Shown piece by piece: positions 37,048-50,500 of a stretch of 64,000 nt of DNA; positions within the stretch are counted from its first letter, which is position 1; each line of letters starts with the position of its first letter. Source of the stretch: Catajapyx aquilonaris (lineage: Eukaryota). Position numbers and translations under genes: made by a program. The stretch spans positions 1 to 64,000 of the forward strand of contig JYFJ02001558.1 in the NCBI GenBank assembly GCA_000934665.2. The letters run 5' to 3'. The notes under the pieces are model-generated. The model was not told the DNA's origin. It was given only the letters and a program-made list of their open reading frames with translations, and ran no database searches.

Positions 37048-39556
37048 TTCCGAACAACTTCAGAATAAAAGTGGTTCGACATTGATTATAATGAACTGAT
37101 ACTGTATGATACTAGAAAAGGATAATGTATTCGAGTTTATTAAACCTGAGTCACTGTTTTACTATATAGAGTACACACGAACTATAGCAATATTAATTTT
37201 TTTGAATAATAATAGATCGGTTTTAGATTTTGTTTAGCATAAACTGAAGATGTGCGGTATATCATTTAGAGAAGTTATTATTTCTCTCGCGTTTGAAACA
37301 ATATTAGTACAGTATAATACATCACAATTATTACGATTCGTGTTTGCCATAATTATTGCCCCTTCAGTATAGGCCTATTGAAGCACATAATCCAAGTTAA
37401 CAGTTTCAGGATACTTGCATACAGTATAGTACAGTATAGCTATCACACTATTTCAGAAGGTATTTTTGGAGTAAAAGTATAATAGTCTAAACAATAATTT
37501 ATTATTAGACTATACAATCTACCTTAAATACACCTTAAATGTGTATTTGACTGTGGTTATATACCATTCGAATCAGGTGCGATTTCTTATATTTTCAATA
37601 TTAATTTTCCTTAAGAAAAGAAATATTATTATTGTGTATAGTACATATTGGATCCCTTTCTCATATGTACAGTACACCATCAAGTTATCCTCTTTTCCTA
37701 ACATAACTTGAACGAACAACTTGAACGCATATATAACGTATACTATACTGTATTTAATCAGAAACACTTTTCTTAAAGGGAAATAGTGTTGCATTTTATT
37801 ACTCATATCGCCAGGTTTGGACCGACGCGGATATTGACCACATCATTTGAGCGGCTTAGAACTTAGTTGAATTTATTCCTGACTGTAAGACTTGTTCATG
37901 AAAAAATCTCTCTCGTGTGATTGATCTGGTAGGCCTATATAAGATTGCCAAAAATATGTATACAGTAGACTATTCCCTAAATAAATTATATGGCTGTATA
38001 CGCTCTCGAGTGGGCCACATTTGCACTGATAACCAAACGACACTAAAAATAACTTGCACTAATAAGATTTGAATGATGTAGCTTAGCCTATTTTATCAGT
38101 GACACTCAAATCACATTGAAATATTATTGTATTTTTATTAACCACGTTATTATTGAGTTCGTCGTAGTAGCCTTTCCGATAGCGATGTTGCTTTGTACAA
38201 TTGCTGCAAAATAACGTTCTCAGATTTAAGACCCAAGCCAAATATAATAACGTCTTATATGCCTCATTCCACAGGCTTGCAAAAGAGTCTTATATAAGTG
38301 ATTCATCCCTTTATACATGAAATGGAAAGATATCTGCAATAAACCAAGATGCCGGGTCCCAAGCATCACTATAGCGCCAGTTACCATAACAGGTGGATGG
38401 TCTCTACCATTCAACTTGACGATATCTATTGTATACGGCATATTACAGTAAGACATGTGTAAGTGGTGGCGCGTAATGCTGCATTGGTCCATCCGTCTAA
38501 ACCCATACAAGGCCAGACTTCGAGCTGCTGAGCCCACCCAAACGCGCTCGCGCACCTGACCACAATCCGCCACTGTTATGCACATAAGTCACGGTCTGCC
38601 CTGATTCGACCAGAGCAAAAACGACACCTATGTCCCCCCATGATCTGAGCCATCTTAGCTAGTGGCTCCCTCCCTGATGGACCGAAAATGGGATCGGTCC
38701 ACGTGGGTGGCCCATTCGTCTCTCCCCTTATATACCCGCTCGTTCGTTCCAAGTGTAAACGCGCCTGATCCTGTTAGATGAGGGTTTATGACAGGACTGG
38801 TGTTTATGGATGTTGATTAGACAGGAAGGAGAACTCCCAGAGAGGTTGGGATTGGCAGAGCTGATCCAGACAAGCCCCGCCCTCCCTCCCACCCACCCAT
38901 GGATGGAACAAGAAGGACCTCTCTTACTGCCCACCTACCTTCGATACCCCCCTACACACACACACCCTCCTCTGCATCCACACGTCCACCTCTACGCCCC
39001 TTTCTTTGCCCGTGGGAAATCCATTCAACCCTCCCTTTCATCCACTTTTTTTCCCACTCTCTTTGGGAAGGCCCTATGGTAGTCCTTTCAGTAGCATCAG
39101 CACTGAGGAAAGAGATGATAGTGACATCTGGTACACCCCACGGGGCATGTCAAACTGATTGCTAAGCGGTCCACGGGTCACAGAAAAGGAAATTCGAGAC
39201 GATGATTATATGGATTGTGCACACTATTGACAGTTACTTTCGTTATTGAATTAGGGGGGCGATTTGGTTTATAGATTGTTAGACTGATTATTCCTGGTTG
39301 AATGCTTTATATACAAGCTTGAAAGCAGCAGGTTAAATGGTTGGGATTGAGTATGTTAATGGAAGTGCAAGTAGGGTGTTGAAGGTCTACTCGTGCCTTA
39401 CAAATAGTCATGTCTTGTAACGCGGTTTGACGTGACATTAAATCCGACTGCGTGCTTACAATCATTATTAAGTTCATAGGACCTTGTTATCCAGGGGAGT
39501 ATAGATAATGTAAGAGATCCAGGGCTACATACTGTACATTGAACCAGTCTGTACTG

Positions 39557-39704
39557 TACTATGGGGCTCAAATTGTTTTGGCCATTTTATCCTGGTCTTG
39601 AAGCAACCCTTCACACAGACAGACATCTCCTCACCGTGGGGCCTGTGCGAAGGGTTGCTTCAAGACCAGGATAAAGTGGCCAAAACAATTTGAGCGCCAT
39701 AGTA
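39557..39704. mobile_element. Tc1/mariner-type MITE (148 bp)
   Basis: ~60-bp near-perfect inverted arms, TA-flanked: tactatggggctcaaattgttttggcca.. / ..tggccaaaacaatttgagcgccatagta. Confidence 0.8.
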
Positions 39705-42700
39705 AGATACACATTCTAATAACTGAGACATGAGATTTTTCGTTCCTGACTCTTCAGGGCTTCCCATGAGCCTTTTCTGTAGAGAGGAAAGCCTAACCTG
39801 CAGGATATACCTTGAAGATTCAATTTGTCCCGCTGCACTGCAGGAATTCATAGCAAGTGAAACATACTTCTAATTACTGTAAGAAGTAATGGCCTACACT
39901 TATCACAGGAACTGCGCACCAGAATACAAGCATGTAAGCACTAAAGATCTTAGAAAAAGCCCTCTGGAACTTTCGTTCATTTATTTTTAGCTCATACCTG
40001 ATATTTAGATCTTCTTACATATTTGGTCTCGAGATAATAGGAAGCCTCCCAGGGTTTCACCCATGGTTGGCCGCATCAGTGAAGTATAAGAAGCGAGGGT
40101 CCTAATCTTCCCCAAAACCCTTTAACAGGTTTCCCCAAAATACACGTTAAGAATGTTGATTGTGGTTGTTCATTAATAGTAATAATATTCAAATCATAAT
40201 AATAATAACCTTTATTCCACCAATGCAATAAAGCATGGCATTGGAGTTGACGAAGAATATTATTTTTACATGTTGAAAGTGACCCTGCTGATGACACCCA
40301 GTTTTTTCACATAATCGAAGAAAAGAAGCATTGTATATTTCAAAAACTTTGCAGTATAATAACACCGTAACTATACTATACATTGTCTTAACTCAGCAAC
40401 ATGCATGTATATAGTCAAGAATGTGCCCTGTGAGAAAAGTAGAGTACAACAGTATGAATTTCATGGCACCAGAAACTGCTTTAGCTATTTCACTTATGCA
40501 GAGTTAACACAGTTAACTTTTAAAAATATTCGAATCGGGTTTTTTCTCAAAATATACTGTTATGTCATTAATAATGCCATTAACAGAAAAAAATGAGGGC
40601 GTCACAGGCCTCGGTAGCTGTAGGAGTAGAAGTGAATGCAGTCCGACCTCCCGCACAGCCTCCAAAGTGATCATTTAGGGCTGATGGTGAATACATCCTT
40701 GCCCTGTATCCCTCTGGCGGGGACCTGCTGAGGCAACTCTTGCTATGGCTTCATCTTGATTTATGGAGAAGGGGCGTTGGAGTGCCTGATTCGTCACGGG
40801 TTGTGGGTCGGACGACTTGCCACCCACGGCGAGGGCCAGGATCCAAAGCACCCCAACCTCTCACCTGGAGGGAGGGAGTGCCCTCCCCCACCCCCATCCC
40901 GCTACCCTGCCCCCTCCTGCTGCACACCTTTCTGCCGAGACATCTTTGTCCAGTTTGACCTAGGATGTCGTCATATCCCTCCTAATATTGAGCAAGTTGG
41001 GTGAAACCAGCGCATGCAAGTGGCGCAGTGCTGCTGGAGAACAAAGGATTATTATTGCTGGGATGCAGTTTCATCAGCTGACATTGTTGCCTATTGTTCC
41101 TAATATTTCATATTCACACATTAAATACACTCTACTAACTACTAACAGTAAGTAATTGCTGCATATAAAATACAGGATAGTATTTCGCGCTTTAAAACTA
41201 TTGGCTGAATAAGTCTGTATCAGCAATATTATTCAGGTGCCCAAACCTGGAACCTGGGTCTGGCACCATAAGTTAAGCAAGCATGCGTAAAATAAAGCAT
41301 TTCTATGCAAATATCTGTTGAATGTCCCTCTTGGCTTGATCTATCTCCTGCTCAAAGAAGGACTGGGAATGGAAACCGTCATGCCCTGGTAATACATGGC
41401 TGGCAACATGAGGGTGTTAATTATCCACCAGTGAAAAGAACTTTCTTCGCTGGAATGTGAATGCCACGAATATCATTCTGCTGCTAAGACGATGCTTTTC
41501 TGACTTGATAACTCTCGGGCCAGTCCAGAGAGGGCTCTGGGCCCCATCTAACTCGTTGGCTTCGAAGAAGATTCGGTCTTCTTATGAAGGGGTTTGTTGT
41601 TAATGATTGGACGCGATGAGGCAATATTTCAAGGAATCACTTTACACCTGAAGTGTGAAGAGTGATGCCTGGTTCAAGGAAATCGGTGGGAGGCCACGAA
41701 CCCAGGAAAGCCTAATTAGAGACTGTATAGGTGTCATTATGATGGCTTATTTTTTTGTAATTCCGACGAAAGAGGTGGGATTTCAAAGGGTGTGTGGCAT
41801 TTCGTGATTTCTTTGTCGATATTGCACGGAAATGCGCAATTTCGACACCGAGAAAACTGCCAATCAAATAATAGTGTCCTCCTGCTTATTGTTTCGTTAC
41901 ACCCAGCCTGCTAACTAATTAATTAGAAATATTAAATCTACAATAATTTTATTATGCATGTGTTGATGTGACTTGCAGTGTGTACACCAGGACTAATGCA
42001 TCCCAGCATGTATCCTTGAGCAACATTACGCAGGTGATATTTTTATTACTAGAAATCCAATAAAAGTGTCGCTAGGTTCACAATCAACAAGAATGTACAG
42101 GGAATTTGCTTCCAGCTTTAATTTATATCCGCTAAGACACATCTTTGTGTGATGCAATTTTGTAGAGGTCCTTGCATATGAATCACTCTTAAAACGCTAA
42201 TGAATTTACAAATGCTGTAATTTTTGAAATGTTTAAGGCTCGCATTTTTTCTGAATCAGGTTACCTTCCCTTTTTATATTCTAAAGGAGAAGGGAAACGG
42301 GTTTTCTTTGGAAGGAGAATCCTTTTAGCCATCCACCTCAATAATTCTTTTCCGCTCACCTGTAAAACATTGCCGATGACAGCATTTTGTGGAGCTAATG
42401 ACTTGCTCCAGGATTGGTGTAGAGGGGGTGAGATAGGGAAATAGGGGGGGAGGAAAAATGACCACCACCTAATTCAATCCTGTACATCCCTCCCTGTCGT
42501 CTAAGCTGCATATAATATGGATTTGAAAAGTGGCGTTCCACGTTTTTCTTTGGGTACAGATTCTGTGGGCATTGTTCTGAAGAGGATGGTGCGCCTTTTT
42601 TTATAGCTCGTTTTAGAACAATGAGGCACCGGGTTAGTCATCTTCTTTTGATTGCATTGCTTCACAACCTTGTCTGGAATGTTGGGTAAGGTCATCCAGA

Positions 42701-45700
42701 AGAAGAAAAAAAACGAGACTATCTTGGCGTAATTCTTGTAGGCACAAATGGATTCTTGGAAATGATTATGGGGACCGTCCCATTCAACCGCAAAAAAGAG
42801 GAACAGCATTGAGCGTATGAATAATTTCAGTCATTTACTAATTTTCATAATTTAGTAATGGCAGTGGAGAAGCCAATTGAATAATTCACTTTGAATGTTT
42901 TGATGACACATTACAGAAAAGCATAATAATGACTGCACCGTTATGCAATGAACCACATAGCAAAGTGTGCTGTTGGAGATCCGTATCACCTTATCCCTAC
43001 AATGATATATATCAGAATTAATAATTAGGCACCTGAGTAAGTTATACAGGCTCGCAACATTAATTTATGCTCTACAATACATCATCAAGATGAAGCCTTG
43101 AGGCCAGCACGCCCTACATCTTTTCGATCTTGAGCTCGTCGAAAACGTCAATCGCGTAACTCACCCATTGTTTACTGCCCGAGTGATCTTAAGAGACAGC
43201 TCAGGTGAGAGGTCAACATCTGAAACTCGAGTCTATATCGTACTATACCTTCTCGTGAGAATCGCCCGTTTCGTGCCGAAAGAACACGGTTTGGCACTCA
43301 GGACAGCCATCCGGGCAAATATTTAGAATCCTGTGAGGAAGAGGGTCTACGAGGGGGACACTCCATGTAACCATTGTCACTTTGGAAAGGGTCTAAATCC
43401 CAGCCTCTTTTTTTTCTTCTTCTTCCTTTTGCTCCCTCCTTCTCTTTCTCTCTCTTAGCGGAGTTTGGCTGCTGTCCGACCCTATATATTTCAGCCCTGT
43501 AACCCAGTTTTCAGCAGGTGGGAACATGGTGTGTAATTAATAACTGGCTAAAGCACTGACGCAATGTATCACGTCGATTCCCATGACGGCCGACCATCCA
43601 TTTCAAATATTTACGCTCGTCCGGTATTGCAGGCAGACTCATTTGCCACAGGGTGTCATCACGACTCCTTCGCGTGGTTCCGTTTGAATATCACCAGTGA
43701 CCGGTACTTGGTTTATATTTTAGAAAATTTGAAACGATCTGAATTGCACAAGTTATTTGAACTGGTACCGGCGTATTTATCACAATGTGGAAAGCTGATG
43801 TCTCGTTGCAGTCAATTTGTCCACCCTGTCAACCCTGACGTGCAAGTGAAAGCGGAACCCTGGTCCTTCAAGTACACTAGCAAAAAAATAAAACCGGCCG
43901 ATAAATAACGTTGCGACCTGCGTCCAAGATGGCGGATTCTGATTGGCATGGAATGGCAGCCATGACAGAAGGTGCGTGAGGTGGGGGTCGAAGTTTTGAC
44001 TGCGTGACCCCGAGGGCGAGGTGACTCTTTTCCCAAGGCAGGTGATGAGGGAAGCGGTAGAAGGAGGAGTGGACTGGGGGTACGGCGATGCCAACACGTC
44101 TTTCGGAAGGAATGAGAAGGGTTTTGTTTTTGGGGGCCCGCATGCCTGCCATAAGGGGGGGGGGGGGGAAGAAGCAGCCTCCGTCCGGATCATGGTATCA
44201 ATCAAATGGACGTGAGTCTCATCCTCAAGAGCAGGACCTGGCCACTCTCATCTATCACGTGGCTGCCCTGCCCGGAGAACCTTTGAAATATGTGGGAAAT
44301 GGTAAAAGGAGGTTGTGCATGTCATTCCAGGATCGTAGTGCGGGCGGATTCTTCCTGCCCAAAGATGGTTTCGGCTGCCGTCTGGGACGCGTCTGGACAC
44401 GGCCTCAAGGCTGTTGCTGCCACTCCAGCAGGAGGAGGATTGTCCGCGGAGGACTTGCTGCCCCCGCGACTTGGGTCGGATCCAATCGGAATCCGAATCG
44501 TGATTGTGTGGCACGAATTTCTAAGGCGCTTACCATGGGAGAGAGACAGGGTTCAAGACCCACGGTGGAGCAGTCAAGTGACATTGATGAGGTCTTGAGA
44601 CATCGTGTGACTGAAGGCTGTAATGTGCCAGGAGGTTCAGAAGTCGTGGGGTTTCCTGTCGATGGTTGTTATGCTGAAGATTTTCTTTTGTTGTTGGAGC
44701 TATAGAGTGTCATGGGGTTATAATGATGCGTTATTAATTTTGCAAGTGTTTTTTATGATGCACATTTTTCATATGCAGTGACATAATATGAACATTAAAG
44801 TTATTCACTCTGTCATCGTCATCTGCTGGTTTTCCATTAGTTTACGTATCCAAAATCTAATGGTGGTGTCATTTATATAATGTTACATAATAACAGTAGC
44901 ACTAATTTTTCACAGCCTATACATTATTTACTGATCATTTAGATGACACTGTAATAGCATTTCAATTGCGAAACCGCATGTAACAAATAATTTACTATAT
45001 AGGAACAGTGTGCTGATTTGTAGGTGCAAATGAGAATTAGATGGACTTAAGAAATATAGGTGTTCCCCTGCTGAAGCAAGCTGATTGTGATCCGCACTTA
45101 ATTAGTGTCCTCTTAATTTTGTTGGCCGGAGCTTGAAGAAAACAAATTATCTGTCGTATCCGAGTTTTTGTGAGGCACTTCTCCCAACCCACAGAACCAC
45201 TTTTTGCTCCTCTGCCTCTACTCACCAATAACAGCATTTACGACCGATACAGGGAGAAAGAGTGAAAATAAATTAATTCTGCCTTGTAACCACGACACGG
45301 CCGGATCTTTAGCGCCGGCCAAGTCAGGATATTAGGACGTTACATCTGCGCCATTATGGCAGGCTTAGGAATCACCATACAGAGATGAGCAAAAAGGAAA
45401 GTAGCAGAATGTTATCCGAAAATTTATTTTCTATCAGGTTGAGAAGTGTGGGAAAGTATTTTTTGTTGAGCTGATTTGTTATTGTTATATACGAGTATTG
45501 TTGTAATAATTATTATTAATTTCCTGCTGCTGTGTTAATTTTATTGCTCTTGGGTAACTGAGGCAAGAACTGCAATGGAAGTTCATCATGCTTTGGGGAG
45601 GTTACTAGTTGGCCTTTCCCAAGTGAAAAATCTCCAGTTTTTTTCCTCTCGATCTTGACTGTAACCTAAACCTGGGAGTATTAACTTGCCTTTTATGGAA

Positions 45701-47558
45701 GTCCATGGCTTGATAAGTTTTTAATTCCTACTTACCCTACAACCAGAATAATTGCAGGGCTATAAATTGGTAGGCACGGGCATAAAGTCATCAAGTTAGT
45801 AATCTCCTCATCGGCTGACAAAAATCACAAATAATTCACCTTATATGGTAGTCCCTAATCCAATTTCTAAGCAGGCCTCAGTAATCTTGCAGAATGAGGT
45901 AAAGGTTTTTGGGAACACCATTTTCCATAAATGTGTTTTGCACTGATTCGCAGAAACTTACAACGTTGCATTCTTGATCGGCCAGAGAGAATCATTTTAT
46001 AGGTTGAGAGGTGTTGTTTTTGGTATATTTATCCTACTTATTGGCATCGAATGTGCAGTGCCTATAACACATGATAATACTTTGCCAGGCATGCATCCCT
46101 CCAAACGACCTTGTCTCTCTTAAAAATAAAATAGCTACCACTGTTTTAATTTCAGCTATAAATAGTCTTGATGTGTTCGTGAATGCGTCCAGAGAGTGTA
46201 AGTCTCTGTCAAAAAAACTAAATTTAATTTTTACTATACACTAATACAGTGTATAATTACTCCATTAACGATGCGATGCTGCGTATAATAAATTAGACCA
46301 CATGTCACCTCCTATGAAGTGATTCTCATTAAGTTATAGTGAACCCCTATGGACAGTATGGAGGGTGTTGAATGTGTTTCAGAATTGTTTATTATTCTGT
46401 CAAGAAGCAAACTGCGACAAAATAATGTACTTAGACAGAAAAATAACTTTCGCACCGTAATTGACAGAGACTCTGCATCATATATCCTGGATTGTCATTT
46501 TGTCATAAATACATTTAAGGACAAGGACATCATCAGCATATATAGGCTACATGATATTGTGCTACATCCAAGTTGCCAGTTTATTTATAAACATACTGTA
46601 CTTAACTGCACCAGCCCATTGAACAACATGACATGTAAATAAAATAGACTATATGTCAATTTACTGCCACAGCCATAAAATTTCCTGCACCTGGAAAGTG
46701 CACCAAGTGTGAAAGACCCTGTAGTGGTGGTGCATTGATTGGATCGAGGTGCCGAGGTTGGGAAAAGGTGTGCCTAGGCGGTGATCCCCTCCACAAAGAG
46801 CAGGTGCCAATTTGCTCCATCTCCCTCTTGGTTGCTTCCTTCCTTGGGCTCCTTTGAAGGTGGCCGGCCGTGCGAAGAAGAAGTTCCTTGAGGCCCTCCC
46901 TCTCCTCCTGTGCATATCTTCTTCTTCCTTTGCTGTTTCCTTCCTTCCTTCCTTCCTTCTTCCACCGGCATCATCCAGCAGCAGCGGCATGCATCCACGC
47001 GCATGCCTGGACTCAGTCGCCAAGTAGTTGGTGTGCCAGCCAGCCAAGAGCTGCCGGGGGGACTCTACGGCCGGAGAGTCAGCCAAAGGGAGCTGCCCGC
47101 CCGACCAGACTGGTCCTCCTCGCCCCCCAAAGCCCCCGTCTCTCTCTCTCTCTCTCTCATCGCACCCTTCCTTCCCTTGCTTGCTGCTGGTGGTTGGTGG
47201 TGCTTGCAACAACCCCCCCCTCTTCTTTTCTTTTCTTTGCTCTGCCGCCTCGAGCACCTTATTTCGCATGGCGGGAACAGCAACGGTGGTGGTGCCACCA
47301 CTCGCGGGAATCACTGCGCCGGTGGCAGCGGTGGCGGAGGAGGCTCTTTACCGCCAACCATGCTCTTCGTACCACTGAGGCGCCTCTGGGTTTGACCACC
47401 CAGGTGCTCACCCACCCCCCCTTGTCTTGTCCTCCTCCTCCCCCTTACCTTCATTCTTTCTCTTCCATCTACCGCCCTTTCCCTCCCTCCCCCCTCCCAC
47501 CTACCTTATTCCCTCCACCCACCACACCACCTCCCCCCAACCCCCACCCGGAGATGCC

Positions 47559-50500
47559 ATGCGGCTGGTGCTGGTGACCATCTACCTGGTGCTGATGTCT
47601 CTGGTCAGCGGGCTTTGGTGGTAAGAAACACCTTCTTTTGTGTTGCTCGGCGGCAGGCAGGGTTTACATATATATATATATACGCGCTTGGGGAGGCTGT
47701 CGATTGATGGGCTGTTTTCTGTCCTTGTCTGTGGATGATGGCTGCCTGTAAAATTGGCTTGTCATGTTTGTATCCGCCTTTCTTGGTGGCCCAAACACAT
47801 TTGCACTGGCTTTTAAAACTTGATTATTGCAATTTGCCATTGCCCCCAAAGTAATTTAAAAGTGTTTCGTCCTTTTGATCATAATGTGCCGAACCTACTG
47901 CATGGCCAAGTGCTCAAATTGATAAAACACAGTGATATAAGCACCAGGCGGCATCATGTTTTGTGCCACGTACCAGCACTGTCAATGTTTACAATAATAG
48001 CGTGTGGTGCCCGATACGTATACGGAATTTCGTAATTGACTGTTTATTTATCAATATTATTAATTGTAGGCACCAAATAAATCCTATACTTATAATGTGT
48101 TGTGCTGAAATCTGGTACTCTTTCATACAAGATGAAAGGCACATGAAGGGTGGTTGGCCTCTATACTCTCTATCCTTGTAAACAGTGTTCATTACGAGTC
48201 GACGCCTACGAATGCACTGCTACGGGTTAAAAAGTGAACTGGTATATATGATTGCCGATTTGACTCCCTTTTAAAACAAACATTAGTCAGCACATGTATT
48301 GTTTATGTGACATAATTGGCACTCATGGACACTTTGTAAATATATTACCATAATGACAGCGTGAAATGTAGGCTAACTATGGTTTGCATCTAGCAATTAC
48401 ATTAGTCTCGTAGGAAGCTGATAAGAGTGTTTGTCTAATATTTACAATCGGCACACATACAAAGGTGTCTGGCACGTCTATAGTAATTTATAATGAACCC
48501 GTCTGGTGTGCTGATAATATTTCAATCAAGCGGCAACTGCCTTCACTTTGCAAGACTTGTTTATTATAATAATCTCGACTGACTTGATCTTGCCAGGAAA
48601 TAGCATCCAATGGCTCCAAGGAGCCTATCATCTGTGGCCAGAGGCTATCATTGCTCATTGGTCCCTTTCATTACAGAGCCACCCAACTTTTTTCTTCTTC
48701 TTCTGGTCCTGTAATTTGATCGTGTCCCGTGTGTTATTTTCCACGCTCTGCGTAACTCAATTAGTCGGAATTAATGCCGTAAATGATTCATCAAAGTTGT
48801 ATTTACAAGAAGGAAGGGAGTCTACACTTTATTTTTATGCCGTATGGAGGTTACTATTTAGGGCTTATCTGCTGCCCTTGTGCCTTGAGGGGTTTGAGAG
48901 ACCCAGCCCCCCACAGGTGGCCATCTCTGATCAGATTCATCAGACAGGGCCGGAAATTGCTTTCATAACAATTTCATCCGCACTGAAAAGTAGGGGATGG
49001 TTCTAATTTAGAATATTAATTTGTTAGACCAATGCAATCATAGGGCGAAAATAGAATACTGCAGACATTTAGAAGGTGTATGAATCGATCATTATGCTTT
49101 ACAAAGGTGGGTGGTCCACCTACTCAATATCTTGATCATATGCTTTCATAATTTGCTGTCGGATGTATTTGGAAAAATTCAGTAATACAGAGCAAAATAA
49201 TTTTGCAATATGTTGATAAAATTACGACTTACTTTTAATATTTATTTTCAAATTCAGCATCAATATGATATTGACTCTCTCGTGCTGGCACGAGTAAATT
49301 GGCCTATACTATACTTGGTTCATTCAGAGATGGACACAAAACCTCTTCAAAGCAAACTCATTAATTGTGGGATTAAGATGGGCGGGATCAATTGAGAAGA
49401 ATGGAGAGATGGGAAGGGGAGGGGGGGGGGGATAGAGAGAGAGAGATGTACAAAAAAGGAGTCCTCATTGAAATTCTTGGAGTCGCTTTGCTGTTCCTAT
49501 TGAACCTTTTGGTTTTGTTGACCGTCGAAGAACAAGTTGGGCCAGCAATTTCTTTGCCATTTGCCTAACGAGAGATATTGTCTCTGCCTCGCAAGCTGTC
49601 TGGGAAGAAGAAAAAAAAGAAGTGAATAAGGCCGGCGGTTGCTCGGGGAAAAGATATTTTATTCGGAGGCTTTGTTGTGCCTGAAATTTTTTCGGGTTTT
49701 TCGGGTTTGCCAGATGGTTTGTATTTAATTCTCAGGCGTTACGACACTGCGGTTGCACAATGGTTATCAATGGAATGGTGGTTAAGTTTCCACGGGGGTT
49801 AATGTAATTTACCACGTGACTCGTGTTTTCAAGTGACATGGACCCCGGATGATGCCGAAGAACGAGTTTAATACACTGTTTCACGGTATATCCTGCTTTT
49901 TTGTGTACACGCATTGTCCTACTTTTTAACTTAAAATTTACAACCAGAAAAATGTAAACAGAAGGTAAGAGTCCACTGTGTTTATTTTATTAATTTGCTT
50001 AAAATGCACTGGAATAGTACAAGCTGCACTGGTTGGTCACATTGTGAGACCATTGGATAGGCCTAAACAAGAATATGCTGAAGTGGAAACTCTCCATACA
50101 AATTCAGCAACTGATCATGATTGACATGTCACAAATATAGTACGAACGCAGCATTGTTTCTCTCTTCTTTCCAAGAAAGATTAGTGTTTAATCCTTCTGA
50201 GCATGTTAGGGCTTCTGTTTTAACTTGTGGCGCTGTAATCTAGTCCGCGAACAGATACTCTCCTTGACGAATGGTAAACAAGAACCAGCGTAGTGGGCAT
50301 TGGGAGTTTACTTCCAGCTTGGTTTTACGGTCCTAGGCCCAAGATTTACGGTCCTTTCTCCAAATATCAGAAGCCATTAAACTTCCAATCCTTGATTTAA
50401 CGGTTTGAGAGTGAGACTGCTCACAGTGGTTGTCAGCCATGCTTGTAAACACGAGGCCTAAGAGAGTTTCACTCTTCAGGGGGATATAACCGGAGGTGTT

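Noticed and set aside
44088..44705. 205-aa ORF between Wnt10 and Wnt6
   Set aside because: No recognisable motif or splice support; a GC-rich island more consistent with regulatory DNA
46661..47577. Overlapping 217-aa and 235-aa ORFs upstream of Wnt6
   Set aside because: Low-complexity GC-rich promoter/5' UTR sequence that is open in several frames, with no domain-like content
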